In this document: positions 1 to 12,627 of the stretch, piece by piece
How positions within the stretch are numbered: the first letter of the stretch is position 1
How the letters are laid out: the number at the start of each line of letters is the position of its first letter
Assembly: GCA_964016885.1 (NCBI GenBank)
Contig: OZ024747.1
Coordinates: 53,630,001 to 53,694,000 of the forward strand
DNA from: Eledone cirrhosa
Taxonomy: Eukaryota
DNA: 64,000 nt
Direction of reading: 5' to 3'
Made by a program: the position numbers and the translations under genes
Notes under the pieces: generated by a model
Told to the model about the DNA's origin: nothing
What the model saw: the letters and a program-made list of their open reading frames with translations, nothing else
The model's database searches: none

Positions 1-85
1 ATATACTCCAAATACTTGTTGAGTGCTTTTATATCAGTTATAAATATTTACTCGTTGTTAACCCAACAATTTAAATATAACTTTC

Positions 86-86
<1 letters not shown>

Positions 87-116
<30 letters not shown>

Positions 117-3100
117 ATGATGTGTGTGTATGTGTATATCTGTGCATGTATGGATATATTTGTGTATGTATGTATGTGTGTGTGTATGTGTATATCTGTG
201 CATGTATATATGGATATATTTGTGTATGTATGTATGATGTGTGTGTATGTGTATATCTGTGCATGTATGGATATATTTGTGTATGTATGTATGTATGTGT
301 GTGTATGTGTATATCTGTGCATGTATGTATGGATATATTTGTGTATGTATGTATGTATGTGTGTGTATGTGTATATCTGTGCATGTATGTATGGATATAT
401 TTGTGTATGTATGTATGTGTGTGTGTGTGTATGTGTATATCTGTGCATGTATGTATGGATATATTTGTGTATGTATGTATGTGTGTGTATGTGTATATCT
501 GTGCATGTATGTATGGATATATTTGTGTATGTGTGTATGTATGTGTGTGTATGTGTATATCTGTGCATGTATGTATGGATATATTTGTGTATGTGTGTAT
601 GTGTGTGTGTGTGTATGTGTATATCTGTGCATGTATGGATATATTTGTGTATGTATGTATGTGTGTGTGTGTATATCTGTGCATGTATGTATGGATATAT
701 TTGTGTATGTATGTATGTGTGTGTGTGTGTATGTGTATATCTGTGCATGTATGGATATATTTGTGTATGTATGTATGTATGTGTGTGTGTGTATATCTGT
801 GCATGTATGTATGGATATATTTGTGTATGTATGTATGTGTGTGTGTGTGTATGTGTATATCTGTGCATGTATGGATATATTTGTGTATGTATGTATGTGT
901 GTGTGTATGTGTATATCTGTGCATGTATATATGGATATATTTGTGTATGTATGTGTGTGTGTATGTGTATATCTGTGCATGTATGTATGAATATATTTGT
1001 GTATGTATGTATGTGTGTGTGTATGTGTATATCTGTGCATGTATATATGGATATATTTGTGTATGTATGTATATGTGTGTGTGTGTATGTGTATATCTGT
1101 GCATGTATGGATATATTTGTGTATGTATGTATGTGTGTGTATGTGTATATCTGTGCATGTATGGATATATTTGTGTATGTATGAATGTATGTGTGTGTGT
1201 GTATATCTGTGCATGTATGTATGGATATTTTTGTGTATGTATGTATGTATGTGTGTGTGTGTATATCTGTGCATGTATGTATGGATATATTTGTGTATGT
1301 ATGTATGTGTGTGTGTGTGTATATCTGTGCATGTATATATGGATATATTTGTGTATGTATGTATGTTTGTGTGTGTGTATGTGTATATCTGTGCATGTAT
1401 GGATATATTTGTGTATGTATGTATATGTGTGTGTATGTGTATATCTGTGCATGTATGGATATATTTGTGTATGTATGTATGTATGTGTGTGTGTGTATAT
1501 CTGTGCATGTATGTATGGATATATTTGTGTATGTGTGTGTGTGTGTATGTGTATATCTGTGCATGTATGGATATATTTGTGTATGTATGTATGTATGTGT
1601 GTGTATGTGTATATCTGTGCATGTATGTATGGATATATTTGTGTATGTATGTATGTATGTGTGTGTATATCTGTGCATGTATGTATGGGAATATTTGTGT
1701 ATGTATGTATGTGTGCGTGTATGTGTATATCTATGCATGTATATATGGATATATTTGTGTATGAATGTATGTGTGTGTGTATGTGTATAACAGTGCATGT
1801 ATGTATGGATATATTTGTGTATGTATGTATGTATGTGTGTGTATGTGTATATCTGTGCATGTATGTATGGATATATTTGTGTATGTATGTATGTGTATGT
1901 GTGTGTATGTGTATATCTGTGCATGTATATATGGATATATTTGTGTATGTATGTATGTATGTATGTGTGTGTGTATGTGTATATCTGTGCATGTATGTAT
2001 GGGAATATTTGTGTATGAATGTATGTATGTGTGTGTATGTGTATATCTGTGCATCTATGTATGGATATATTTGTGTATGTATGTATGTGTGTGTGTATGT
2101 GTATATCTGTGCATGTATGGATATATTTGTGTATGTATGTATGTGTGTGTGTATGCGTATATCTGTGCATGTATGGATATATTTGTGTATGTATGTATGT
2201 GTGTGTGTATGTGTATATCTGTGCATGTATATATGGATATATTTGTGTATGTATGTATGTGTGTGTGTATGTGTATATCTGTGCATCTATGTATGGATAT
2301 ATTTGTGTATGTATGTATGTGTGTGTGTGTGTATGCATATATCTGTGCATGTATGTATGGATATATTTGTGTATGTATGTGTGTGTGTATGTGTATATCT
2401 GTGCATGTATGTATGGATATATTTGTGTATGTATGTGTGTGTATGTGTATATCTGTGCATGTATGTATGGATATATTTGTGTATGTATGTATGTATGTGT
2501 GTGTATGTGTATATCTGTGCATGTATGTATGGATATATTTGTGTATGTATGTATGTGTGTGTGTGTGTGTGTGTATATCTGTGTATGTATGTATGGATAT
2601 ATTTGTGTATGTATGTATGTGTGTGTGTATGTGTATATCTGTGCATGTATGTATGGATTATTTGTGTATGTATGTATGTATGTGTGTGTATGTGTATATC
2701 TGTGCATGTATGTATGGATATATTTGTGTATGTATGTATGTGTGTGTGTATGTGTATATCTGTGTATGTATGTATGGGAATATTTGTGTATGTATGTATG
2801 TGTGTGTGTATGTGTATATCTGTGCATGTATGTATGGGAATATTTGTGTATGTATGTATGTGTGTGTGTATGTGTATATCTGTGTATGTATGTATGGATA
2901 TATTTGTGTATGTATGTATGTGTGTGTGTATGTGTATATCTGTGTATGTATGTATGGATATATTTGTGTATGTATGTATGTGTGTGTGTATGTGTATATC
3001 TGTGCATGTATGTATGGATATATTTGTGTATGTATGTATGTATGTGTGTGTATGTGTATATCTGTGCATGTATGGATATATTTGTGTATGTATGTATGTG

Positions 3101-4662
3101 TGTGTGTGTATGTGTATATCTGTGCATGTATGTATGTATATATTTGTGTATGTATGTATGTATGTATGTGTGTGTATGTGTATATCTGTGCATGTATGTA
3201 TGGATATATTTGTGTATGTATGTATGTATGTGTATGTGTATATCTGTGCATGTATGTATGGGAATAATTGTGTATGAATGTATGTGTGTGTGTATGTGTA
3301 TATCTGTGCATGTATATATGGATATATTTGTGTATGTATGTATGTGTGTGTGTGTATGTGTATATCTCTGCATGTATGTATGGATATATTTGTGTATGTA
3401 TGTATGTGTGTGTATGTGTATATCTGTGCATGTATGTATGGATATATTTGTGTATGAATGTATGTGTGTGTGTATGTGTATATCTGTGCATGTATGGATA
3501 TATTTGTGTATGTATGTATATGTGTGTGTATATATATATCTATGCATGTATATATGGATATATTTGTGTATGTATGTATGTGTGTGTGTATGTGTATATC
3601 TGTGCATGTATATATGGATATATTTGTGTATGTATGTATGTGTGTGTGTATGTGTATATCTGTGCATGTATGTATGGATATATTTGTGTATGTATGTATG
3701 TGTGTGTGTATGTGTATATCGATGCATGTATATATGGATATATTTGTGTATGTATGTATGTGTATATCTGTGCATGTATGTATGGATATATTTGTGTATG
3801 TATGTATGTGTGTGTGTGTGTGTGTATATCTGTGCATGTATATATGGATATATTTGTGTATGTATGTATGTATGTGTGTGTATATCTGTGCATGTATGTA
3901 TGGGAATATTTGTGTATGTATGTATGTGTGTGTGTATGTGTATATCTGTGCATGTATGGATATATTTGTGTATGTATGTGTGTGTGTATGTGTATATCTG
4001 TGCATGTATATATGGATATATTTGTGTATGAATGTATGTGTGTGTGTATGTGTATATTTGTGCATGTATATATGGATATATTTGTGTATGTATGTATGTG
4101 TGTGTGTATGTGTATATCTGTGCATGTATGGATATATTTGTGTATGTATGTGTGTGTGTATGTGTATATCTGTGCATGTATGTATGGATATATTTGTGTA
4201 TGTATGTATGTGTGTATGTGTATATCTGTGCATGCATGTATGGGAATATTTGTGTATGTATGTATGTATATGTGTGTGTATATATATATCTATGCATGTA
4301 TGTATGGATATATTTGTGTATGTATGTATGTGTGGGTGTATGTGTATATCTGTGCATGTATGTATGGATATATTTGTGTATGTATGTATGTGTGTGTGTA
4401 TGTGTATATCTGTGCCTGTATGTATGGATATATTTGTGTATGTATGTATGTGTGTGTATGTGTGTGTATGTGTATATCTGTGCATGTATGTATGGATATA
4501 TTTGTCTATGTATGTATGTGTGTGTGTATGTGTATATCTGTGCATGTATGGATATATTTGTGTATGTATGTATGTGTGTGTATGTGTATATCTGTGCATG
4601 TATGTATGGATATATTTGTGTATGTATGTATGTGTGTGTGTGTATGTATGTATATGTATATA
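87..4662. repeat. Minisatellite of ~54-64-bp units, consensus TGTGTATATCTGTGCATGTATGTATGGATATATTTGTGTATGTATGTATG(TG)n
   Basis: Continuous tandem repetition of the motif with variable TG/TATG counts. The overlapping His/Tyr/Ile and Cys/Val/Met ORFs are translations of it. Confidence 0.97.
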
Positions 4663-4733
4663 TGAAATAATCGTAAGTTATTAAATGCTTTAAACACTCT
4701 TTGATTGTCATTTACATTGTATACACACACACA

Positions 4734-4793
<60 letters not shown>

Positions 4794-4865
4794 ATGCAGT
4801 GCCCCAGCATGGCCTCAGCCGAATGGCTGGAACAGGTAAAAGAGATTATATATATATATATATAT

Positions 4866-5087
4866 AACGAAGGAAATGTGGTAAGGAACCAGGTGGACCA
4901 TAACGCACCAAAGTACTCAATACTTAGGGTAGTAGAGTGGGTAATAGGAATGAGTAGGACCCCGACGGCTGAGCTCAAGCCGTACCGATGGCTAATTCTG
5001 GACTAAAAAAAAATCAATTTTTTTTTAGTCCAGAATTAGCCGTCGAAATGGCTTGAGCTCAGCCGTCGGGGTCCTACTTGTTCCTAT
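4866..5087 (-). mobile_element. Fold-back element (~70-bp inverted arms plus ~78-bp one-sided tail), Penelope pseudo-LTR-like
   Basis: 4944-5013 is the near reverse complement of 5018-5087. It is flanked by (TA)n, and a second copy lies at 19103-19300. Confidence 0.7.
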
Positions 5088-5111
5088 ATAATATATATAT
5101 ATATATATAAA

Positions 5112-6382
5112 TGTTATTATTATTGTCCTACAGTCTATAACAGAAGAGGTTAATACTGGCCGCCTATGGAAACTTCTATATGTAGATGATCTAACTCTCA
5201 TAGCTGAATCTATCACTGAATTAGAGAAGAAATTCCAAACATGGAAAGATGGCCTAGATTCAAAATGCCTTAAAATTAGCTAGTTAAAGACTAAAGTTCT
5301 AGTATGTAGAAAGGAGAATAGGGCACAGGTGCCCTCTGGAAAATGCGCATGCTCAGTGTGTAAGAAGATTCTATTCTATGTCCCAATTACAAACTATGGG
5401 GACATAAAAGATGTAGTGGGATCAGAGGAAAACTATCTAAGAATGTAGATTTTATATGTGGCCAATGCTTTCTAATTCATCTGCCCAGATGGTTCTATAG
5501 AAATTGTAGACACTTTCTGTTACCTGGGTGATAAAATCAGCAGTGGAGGAGGGTGTTCTGAAAGTACAATATCCAGAGTTAGAACGGGATGGAAAAAGTT
5601 CAGAGAGCTAATACCGCTGTTGGCCACAAAGGGTTTTTCTCTAAAAATGAAAGGCAGATTGCATGATGCTTGTATACAAATGGCAATATTACATGGTAAT
5701 GAGACCTGGGCGTTGTGTGCAGAAAACTTGCACAGATTAGAAAGAAACAAAGCATGCATGCTGTGATGGATGTGTAATAGTAATGTATGCTAATGGCAAA
5801 GCATAAGCGAATCAAGAGAGGGACTAAGCATAAGAAGTATCAAATGTTGTGTTCTGGAGAGGAGATTGCATTGGTATGGACACGTGATGCACATGAAGGA
5901 TAACAGCTGTATAAAAATGTGCAGAGCGACCAAAATTGATGGAAGCTACAGAGTGGGTAAACCAAGAAAAACCTGGGACGAGGTGATAAAATCTGACCGT
6001 GCACACTTAGCTCTCTCTAAGACCATGACACTGGATCGAGATCTTTGGTGGTATGCAGTTATACAGAAGACCCGCCTTCCCTTGCATACACACTTAAACC
6101 TACAGTTAGTAGGCACCTCTTAACCCTATACACCCCACCCCACACTCCATCCTCCCATTTCTGTCCACTGTAAAGTGGTCATGTAGGAGATACGGTAAAA
6201 AGGTTCCCAGTCCACACTGTAAATGTGGTTGGTGTTTGGAAGGGCATCCAGCCAAAGGAAACCTGCCAGAAACAGTCCTGTATGGGTGAGACACGGTCTC
6301 CCGACCAATCTAGCCTCAAGTGGGACAAAAACATCCAACCCATGCTAGCATGGAAGATGGACATTAAACGATGATGATGATG
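5112..6382 (+). mobile_element. Decayed 5'-truncated RTE-clade LINE (end of RT, 3' UTR, (GAT)n tail)
   Basis: Homologous to 9250-10565 and 62900-64000 (LLYVDDL, YLGDKISSGGGCSES, RTGWKKFREL) with stops and frameshifts. Confidence 0.9.
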
Positions 6383-6427
6383 ATATATATAAATAAATAT
6401 ATATATACATTTATATATATATATATA

Positions 6428-8101
6428 ACTTTGATAACTTTGATAAGTTTTGGTTAGTATTGGCCCGGGCCATGTCTTACTTAATAGCACCACCTGGCGA
6501 AGTCTTTCAAATCAGGATTTGGACACCATGGCCGACTCAAGTAGAGAATTATTGTCTACAGAAACATATCCAGGTGTAGGAGGTTTATCGTGAAGGAATT
6601 TGACCAAAGACTTCTAGAACTTTATGGGGTCGGTTTCTGCTTTAATGTGTTTTGGTGTAATGTTAAAGAGAGTGGGGCCAATTGAGGCAAAATAATTGTA
6701 CCGTATGCGAGATGTGAGTGTGATTTTTGTTGTGGGTGGATAGCACGTTGGTCAAGCCTTGGGTGAACCTTAAAGGTGATGCCTACATCCTTTGGGCAAT
6801 GCTGATGGAATATTTTCCACATCATGCAGATGATGTAGCACTCACAGCGACTTTGGAGAGAATAAAGTTTGAGCTTTTCTAGTCGACCTTAATAGCACTG
6901 ACATGCCATCTATCTTTTTCATGATTGACCTTTGAGGAGCTTCTACTTTCATGATACTTTGCTTCGGGTGGGGGAGACCACAGTGGACATCAGTATTCAA
7001 GGTGGAGTCAGGCTAAAGTGGAGAAGAGAAGGATAACAGTGTAGATATCTCTTGACTGGAAAGTTCTGAGAATCCAGGAACACATTCTGCAGGCCATTTG
7101 CTGTTTATATGAGTGGCCCAGCTTACGTTGTTGTGCACAATTACTCCCAAGTCTCTCATGTTGTTGGATGCCATGAGAGTTTCACCTGAAGGAAGAGAGA
7201 ATGGGAGTTTCAGGCCATCCTCTTTTCTAAAGTGGATTAACTCGAATTTATCCTCCTTCAGCAGCATATTGTTCTTTTCCGCCCGTTGGATAACAGCCAG
7301 TAGGTCTGACTGAAGGCATGTCCGGTCACCCACTTCATTGATGACCTTCTGGAGCTTGGAATCATCTGCAAAGATTTTTATTTTGCTGTGCTTGATAATA
7401 TCAGTAATTTCATTAATGTAGATGATGAAAAAAAGTGGGCCCAACACAATGCCTTGTGGAACGCCACTACTGACTTTGGCTGGGCTTGACTTTACTCATT
7501 CGACTACAACATGTTGGGCTCTGTCTGTTAAGAAACACGTGATCCATTGCAGTAACTTTCCAGAGATACCAATGTTGGATAGTTTTTTTTCAATAGAATC
7601 TTGTGATCAACGCTGTCAAAGGCCTTGTTGAATTCAAGGTAGATGACATCAGTGCTGGGGCCCTCTCACAAAGCTCTCAAAATGTCATCAAATTGATGCA
7701 GGAGCTCCATTAGGAAGTGTCTTCTATTATGGAATCCCTGTTGTTTGGAGTTCAGCACTCTGTTGCTTTCAAGAAAGTGGGTTATACGTGATCTCACCAC
7801 CTCCTCAAATACTTTGATGATACGAGAGGTGAGTGAGATTGGAAGGTAGTTATTTGCAAGGGACTTGTTTCCCTTTTTGAAAACTGTGACAACAGACTGG
7901 AACAGAAAGTTTTCAGGAATATACCCAGCATCTAGTGAGTTTCTCCACAGATTAACAATAGGAGATGCAAGTTGGTGTCGATACACCTTCAGGACACAAG
8001 CAGGGAACCTATCGGGTCTACTGCTGAATTGTGTTTAATTTTGTTTATTGCTGCTAAGACATCAGGGGTGCCAAACATTATGTCTGATATAGAACAGATA
8101 G
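6428..8101 (-). pseudogene. CR1/Jockey-group LINE, 3' part (RT domain, 3' end with (TTATCAAAG)n tail), frameshifted
   Basis: Minus-strand peptides NYLPISLTSRIIKVFE, QQGF, GVPQG.VLGPLFFIIYINE and KIFADDSKL. Short tandem 9-mer at the 3' terminus. Confidence 0.85.
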
Positions 8102-10275
8102 AGACATTTAACGTAGAAGAGAACTGGGAGTTCCTAAAAAATAACTTACTAGAGGCGACGGATGAGGTTTGTGGCTGGAGTAAGACCTCAAGCAGGAGGA
8201 GAGTGACTTGGTGGTGGAACAATAAGGTAGATGAAGCAGTCAAGGCCAAGAGACAGGCATGGAAAGAATGGAAGAACGGGGGGAGCAGGGTACATTACAT
8301 AGAGACCAAGAGGGAAGCTAGGCGACAAGTATACTTAGCTAGGAGGGAAGCAGAGGATAGAAAATTCAAGCATGTTTTACAACGTGAGGACCAGAAACAG
8401 GAGGTATTCAAGATTGCGAGGCAGTGTGTCAGAGATAGTTGTGATGTCATTGGAGAGAAGTGTATCCGGAATGATAAAGGTGAGCTTGCCCTCACAAGTG
8501 CTGAGAAGAAAGATGCATGGAAGAGTCATTATGATAGATTACTAAATGAGGAGAATGCATGGGAAGAAGAGACCCTACCCCACGTAGACCCTATAGAGGG
8601 ACCAGCAGTACAAGTCAGCGGCAGCGTAGTAAGTAAGGCAATCAGAGATATGAAGATAGGGAAGGCAACCGGTCCATCGGGTATAGCTGCCGAGATGCTG
8701 AAGGCATCTGGGTCTGTAGGTCACACTATAACCACACGTATCGTTAACCAGGTAATACTAGAGGGGGCCATACCAAAAGATTGGTGCAGTAGCATCATTG
8801 TCAACTGCTACAAAGGTAAAGGCGATGCACTAGATAGAGGAAACTATAGAGGTATAAAGTTGATGGACCAGGTCATGAAAGTAACAGAAAGAGTTATAGC
8901 ACAGCTGATTAGGGACCGGGTGAATATAGACGAGATGCAATTTGGGTTTGTACCAGGGAAAGGCACCACTGATGCGCTCTTCCTTGTGAGGCAATTACAG
9001 GAAAAGTACCTAGCTAAAAGTAAGCCACTCTACTTGGCATTTGTCGACCTTGAGAAAGCCTTTGACAGAGTTCCACGTGCAGTAATCTGGTGGGCTCTTA
9101 GAAAACTAGGAGTAGATGAATGGCTTGTGAAAGCGGTACAAGCCATGTATAGGGGAGCAGTCAGCAAAGTTAGGATTGGCAATGAGTATAGCGAGGAATT
9201 TAGCGTACAGGTTGGGGTCCATCAGGGCTCTGTTCTTAGCCCTCTCCTGTTCATCATAGTCCTGCAGGCAATAACGGAGGAGTTTAAGACCGGATGCCCA
9301 TGGGAACTCCTGTATGCTGATGACCTCGCACTCATAGCTGAATCTATGGTAGAACTAGAGAATAAATTCCAAACCTGGAAGCAGGGACTAGAGAGAAAGG
9401 GCCTCAAAGTCAACATGACAAAGACTAAGGTCCTTATAAGTAGACGAGAAAACAGAACCCAGATCCCCTCAGGGAAATGGCCTTGCTCAGTATGTAGGAA
9501 AGGTGTAGGTAGGAACTCCATTCTTTGCCCCAAATGCAAACAATGGGTACACAAGAGATGTAGCGGGATCTCAGGAAGCTTAATTAAGAATGTAGGATTC
9601 ACATGCAGCAGCTGTGCTGAAACAGCAAGCAAACAGCCACAGGAAACAAGTACCACCAATCTCTGGGAGGGCCCTGTAGAAACAGTAGACAGCTTCTGCT
9701 ACCTAGGTGACCGAATTAGCAACGGAGGTGGGTGCTCAGAAAGTACAATAACTAGGGTAAGAACGGGATGGAAGAAGTTTAGGGAACTACTACCACTGCT
9801 AGCTGCAAAAGGCTTCTCCCTCAGAATGAAAGGCAGACTGTATGATGCGTGTATCCGAACAGCGATGTTGCATGGTAGTGAGACCTGGGCGCTGAAGGTG
9901 GAAGACTTACGTAGATTAGAGAGAAACGAAGCCTGCATGCTCCGATGGATGTGTAACAGTAATATACGTGAACGACAAAGCATAAATGAATTGAGAGAGA
10001 GACTGAGCATAAGAGGAATCAAATGCTGCGTGCAGGAGAGGCGGTTACGCTGGTATGGACATGTGATGCGTATGAAGGATGACAGCTGCATAAAAAGGTG
10101 CAGAGCACTAGAAGTTGATGGAAACCGCGGAGTGGGGAGACCCAAGATGACTTGGGATGAGGTGATAAAAGCCGACCTTACCCAACTACACCTCTCAAAG
10201 TCAATGACACACGACCGTGACTTCTGGCGTCACGCAGTAATACAGGGTACCCGACCTCCCATGGGTACATGCTGA
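8101..10275 (+). CDS. RTE ORF fragment: reverse transcriptase with inserted C4HC3 (PHD-like) finger; endonuclease missing
   Basis: Motifs YRGIKL, QFGF, FVDLEKAFDRV, GVHQGSVLSP, LYADD, YLG, and CSVC..CPKC..H..C..CSSC. The first ~43 codons of the ORF-track call (7972) are antisense CR1 sequence. Confidence 0.85.
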   Translation, partial: ETFNVEENWEFLKNNLLEATDEVCGWSKTSSRRRVTWWWNNKVDEAVKAKRQAWKEWKNGGSRVHYIETKREARRQVYLARREAEDRKFKHVLQREDQKQEVFKIARQCVRDSCDVIGEKCIRNDKGELALTSAEKKDAWKSHYDRLLNEENAWEEETLPHVDPIEGPAVQVSGSVVSKAIRDMKIGKATGPSGIAAEMLKASGSVGHTITTRIVNQVILEGAIPKDWCSSIIVNCYKGKGDALDRGNYRGIKLMDQVMKVTERVIAQLIRDRVNIDEMQFGFVPGKGTTDALFLVRQLQEKYLAKSKPLYLAFVDLEKAFDRVPRAVIWWALRKLGVDEWLVKAVQAMYRGAVSKVRIGNEYSEEFSVQVGVHQGSVLSPLLFIIVLQAITEEFKTGCPWELLYADDLALIAESMVELENKFQTWKQGLERKGLKVNMTKTKVLISRRENRTQIPSGKWPCSVCRKGVGRNSILCPKCKQWVHKRCSGISGSLIKNVGFTCSSCAETASKQPQETSTTNLWEGPVETVDSFCYLGDRISNGGGCSESTITRVRTGWKKFRELLPLLAAKGFSLRMKGRLYDACIRTAMLHGSETWALKVEDLRRLERNEACMLRWMCNSNIRERQSINELRERLSIRGIKCCVQERRLRWYGHVMRMKDDSCIKRCRALEVDGNRGVGRPKMTWDEVIKADLTQLHLSKSMTHDRDFWRHAVIQGTRPPMGTC

Positions 10276-10565
10276 AGCATATAAATAATATGCCCCCCCC
10301 ACCGCAAGGTGGTCGTGGAGGTGCCACGGCAAAAAAGCACCCAGCCCACACTGTAAAGTGGACGTGTAGGCGCCACGAAAAAGCACCCAGCACTCACTGT
10401 AAATGAGGTTGGTGTTAGGAAGGGCATCCAGCTGTAGAAATCAAGCCAGATCAGTTCCTGTATGAGCAAGGCATGGTCAGCCGACCAGACACTGCCCACA
10501 ACAGGACAACCCGTCTAACCCATGCTAGCGTGGAAGAACGGACGTAAAACCGTGATGATGATGAT
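8102..10565 (+). mobile_element. RTE-clade LINE subfamily A, 5'-truncated, inserted into the CR1 element
   Basis: Uninterrupted RT ORF to the stop at 10275, a 3' UTR and a (GAT)n tail. GATAG is duplicated at 8097-8101 and 10566-10570. Confidence 0.95.
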
Positions 10566-11908
10566 GATAGTGTGTTGGGGATTAACATCACTGATACGGC
10601 CCAGATCGGCCATATGAGGATTGCTTAAAACAGAGCAGTATTGTTTCTGCACTATCTCGCCCATGGTTTTGGCATTATCTTGGAGTGTGCCATTTTTATC
10701 AATTTGAGGGACAACAGTGGAGACAGTGACCTTGTGTTTTTTCGCAAATGAAAAGATCACTTTGGGGTTGAGTTTGATTTTCTTAATGGCCCATTTCTCC
10801 TCAGCTATTCTTTGATTATTGATGATGGTCTTCCTGCATTGCTGGAGGTTATATTTTTTTTTATTCAAGCACTGTGATAGCTGTCAAATGAGTGTGTTGC
10901 TGTTGGTAGTATTTTAGTTTGTTAATTTTTTTGTTTGTTCTTTTTATTTTCCTGATAATAGTTTTTCTGTTTTGGGGGATCCTGCACTTAGTTTTGTTCA
11001 CAGGTCTTGGTGGAGTGTGTTTTGCAAATATATTTGTGACAGTGTCTACAAAGATCTGCCAAGATGTTTTGATGTTGGTGGTGATGTGTGCATGCGTAAA
11101 AGACCAGTCAACATGTGATAGCTCGTTCATGATTGCATCCTACTTGGCGTGGGCTGAAGAGAGGTCACTAGGATTAGCTTTCGGCTGGTGGAATCTGAGG
11201 TTATAGAGAACCATGTCATGGTATGAAAGAAGAGGTTTTTCCACTGTAATATTATGTATAGTGTTAGTGTGATTACTAAACACTAGGTCTAAAATGTTCT
11301 TCTGATATCTTGTTGGAGCAAGTACAAGTTGGGACAAGAAAAGCTCATTCATAAAGTCGAGAAGTGACTCGACTGCTTCTTTTTCTGCGGTTGAGGTGGG
11401 AGTCCCTGGTTTCAACCTGTTTGAAGACCAATCAACACAGGGTAGATTAAAGTTTCCCATCATAAGTATGTTACTAGAATAGCACTGCTGAATAAAGTAC
11501 ATAATGCTATTAAGGCATTCTTCAAAGCGCAGTATGGATGTTTGGGTGGTCTATAGAGCCCAACTACTAACAGGTCATTGGTTTTGTTGTGCACAGTGAC
11601 TGATTCACAGTAGCTATTTGAGAATGTGACATTTCCATCTGGTGTAAAGGAAACATGCAGGAAAATGGCAGTTACACCCTTCCTTCTGTCAACATGATAT
11701 GCATGGATGGTGGTGCAATTCCCCACTTTCATTTTGGCTTCCAACAGAGAGTTGTCAAGGTGGGTCTCAGTAAGAATGAAGAAAGAGATGTGTTGTGGAT
11801 GGTTACCAACCCAATCCTCAATGAAATGTACCTTACATTTTTGTGCATTGATGGAAACGCTGACTGTGGCTGCTGGTTTTGACTGTTGCAGGGGACTTGT
11901 TTTGTGAT
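10566..11908 (-). pseudogene. CR1/Jockey-group LINE, 5' part (APE endonuclease and linker), frameshifted
   Basis: Peptides SINAQ, LTETHL, GLYRPP, GNFNLP..DW, PTR..NILDLVFSN and SYHDMV. The frame rejoins the 3' part across the RTE insertion. Confidence 0.85.
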
Positions 11909-11926
11909 GTATATATATATATATAT

Positions 11927-12420
11927 ATTCCGACATCACACACTTACACCTCTCCAAGACAATGTCACTGGACCGAGACCTTTGGCGGTACTCAGTAACA
12001 GAGAAGAGCCGCCCTACCTAAATATATAGTAAAACCTACTCCAGCCAGTAGGCATCTCTAACAAAATACACCCCGTCCCACCACCACCACCCCCACCCCA
12101 TCCACACCACCCCGTTCTATGTAAAGTTATGTTGGTGCCGCGCCATCGAGGCCGAAACAAATGAGATCGTGTAGGTGTCACGACAAAAAAACACACAGTC
12201 CACGCTGTAATGTGGCCGTGTAGGCAACACGGTAAAAACCTCCCAGACCCACACTGTAAATGTGGTTGGTGTTAGGAAGGGCATCCAACTGTAGAAAACC
12301 TGCCAGACAGTCCTATGCGAGCAAGACAATCACTCTTGCCTCAAGTGGGACTACCCCCGTCCAAACCCATGCAAGCGTGGAACACGGACGTTAAACGTTG
12401 ATGATGATGATGATGATGAT
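11927..12420 (+). mobile_element. RTE subfamily B 3' end fragment
   Basis: Matches 63823-64000 and 31522-32028 and ends in (GAT)n. Confidence 0.9.
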
Positions 12421-12627
12421 ATATATATATATATATATACACATAAATATATATCTATATACATATAAATACGCATATACATATATATGTATACACACAT
12501 ATATATATACATATAGATATACATATAGATACACATAAATATGTACATATACATATATATACACATAAATATACACATATACATTTATATACACATATAT
12601 ATATATATACACATAAATATATATATA

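Noticed and set aside
48-4711. Very long ORFs (up to 1546 aa) rich in H/T/Y/I or C/V/M
   Set aside because: They are translations of the minisatellite and are open in most frames on both strands.
4663-4720. GAAATAATCGTA resembling a minimal hammerhead 3' half
   Set aside because: There is no CUGANGA or stems upstream, and the match is too short to support.
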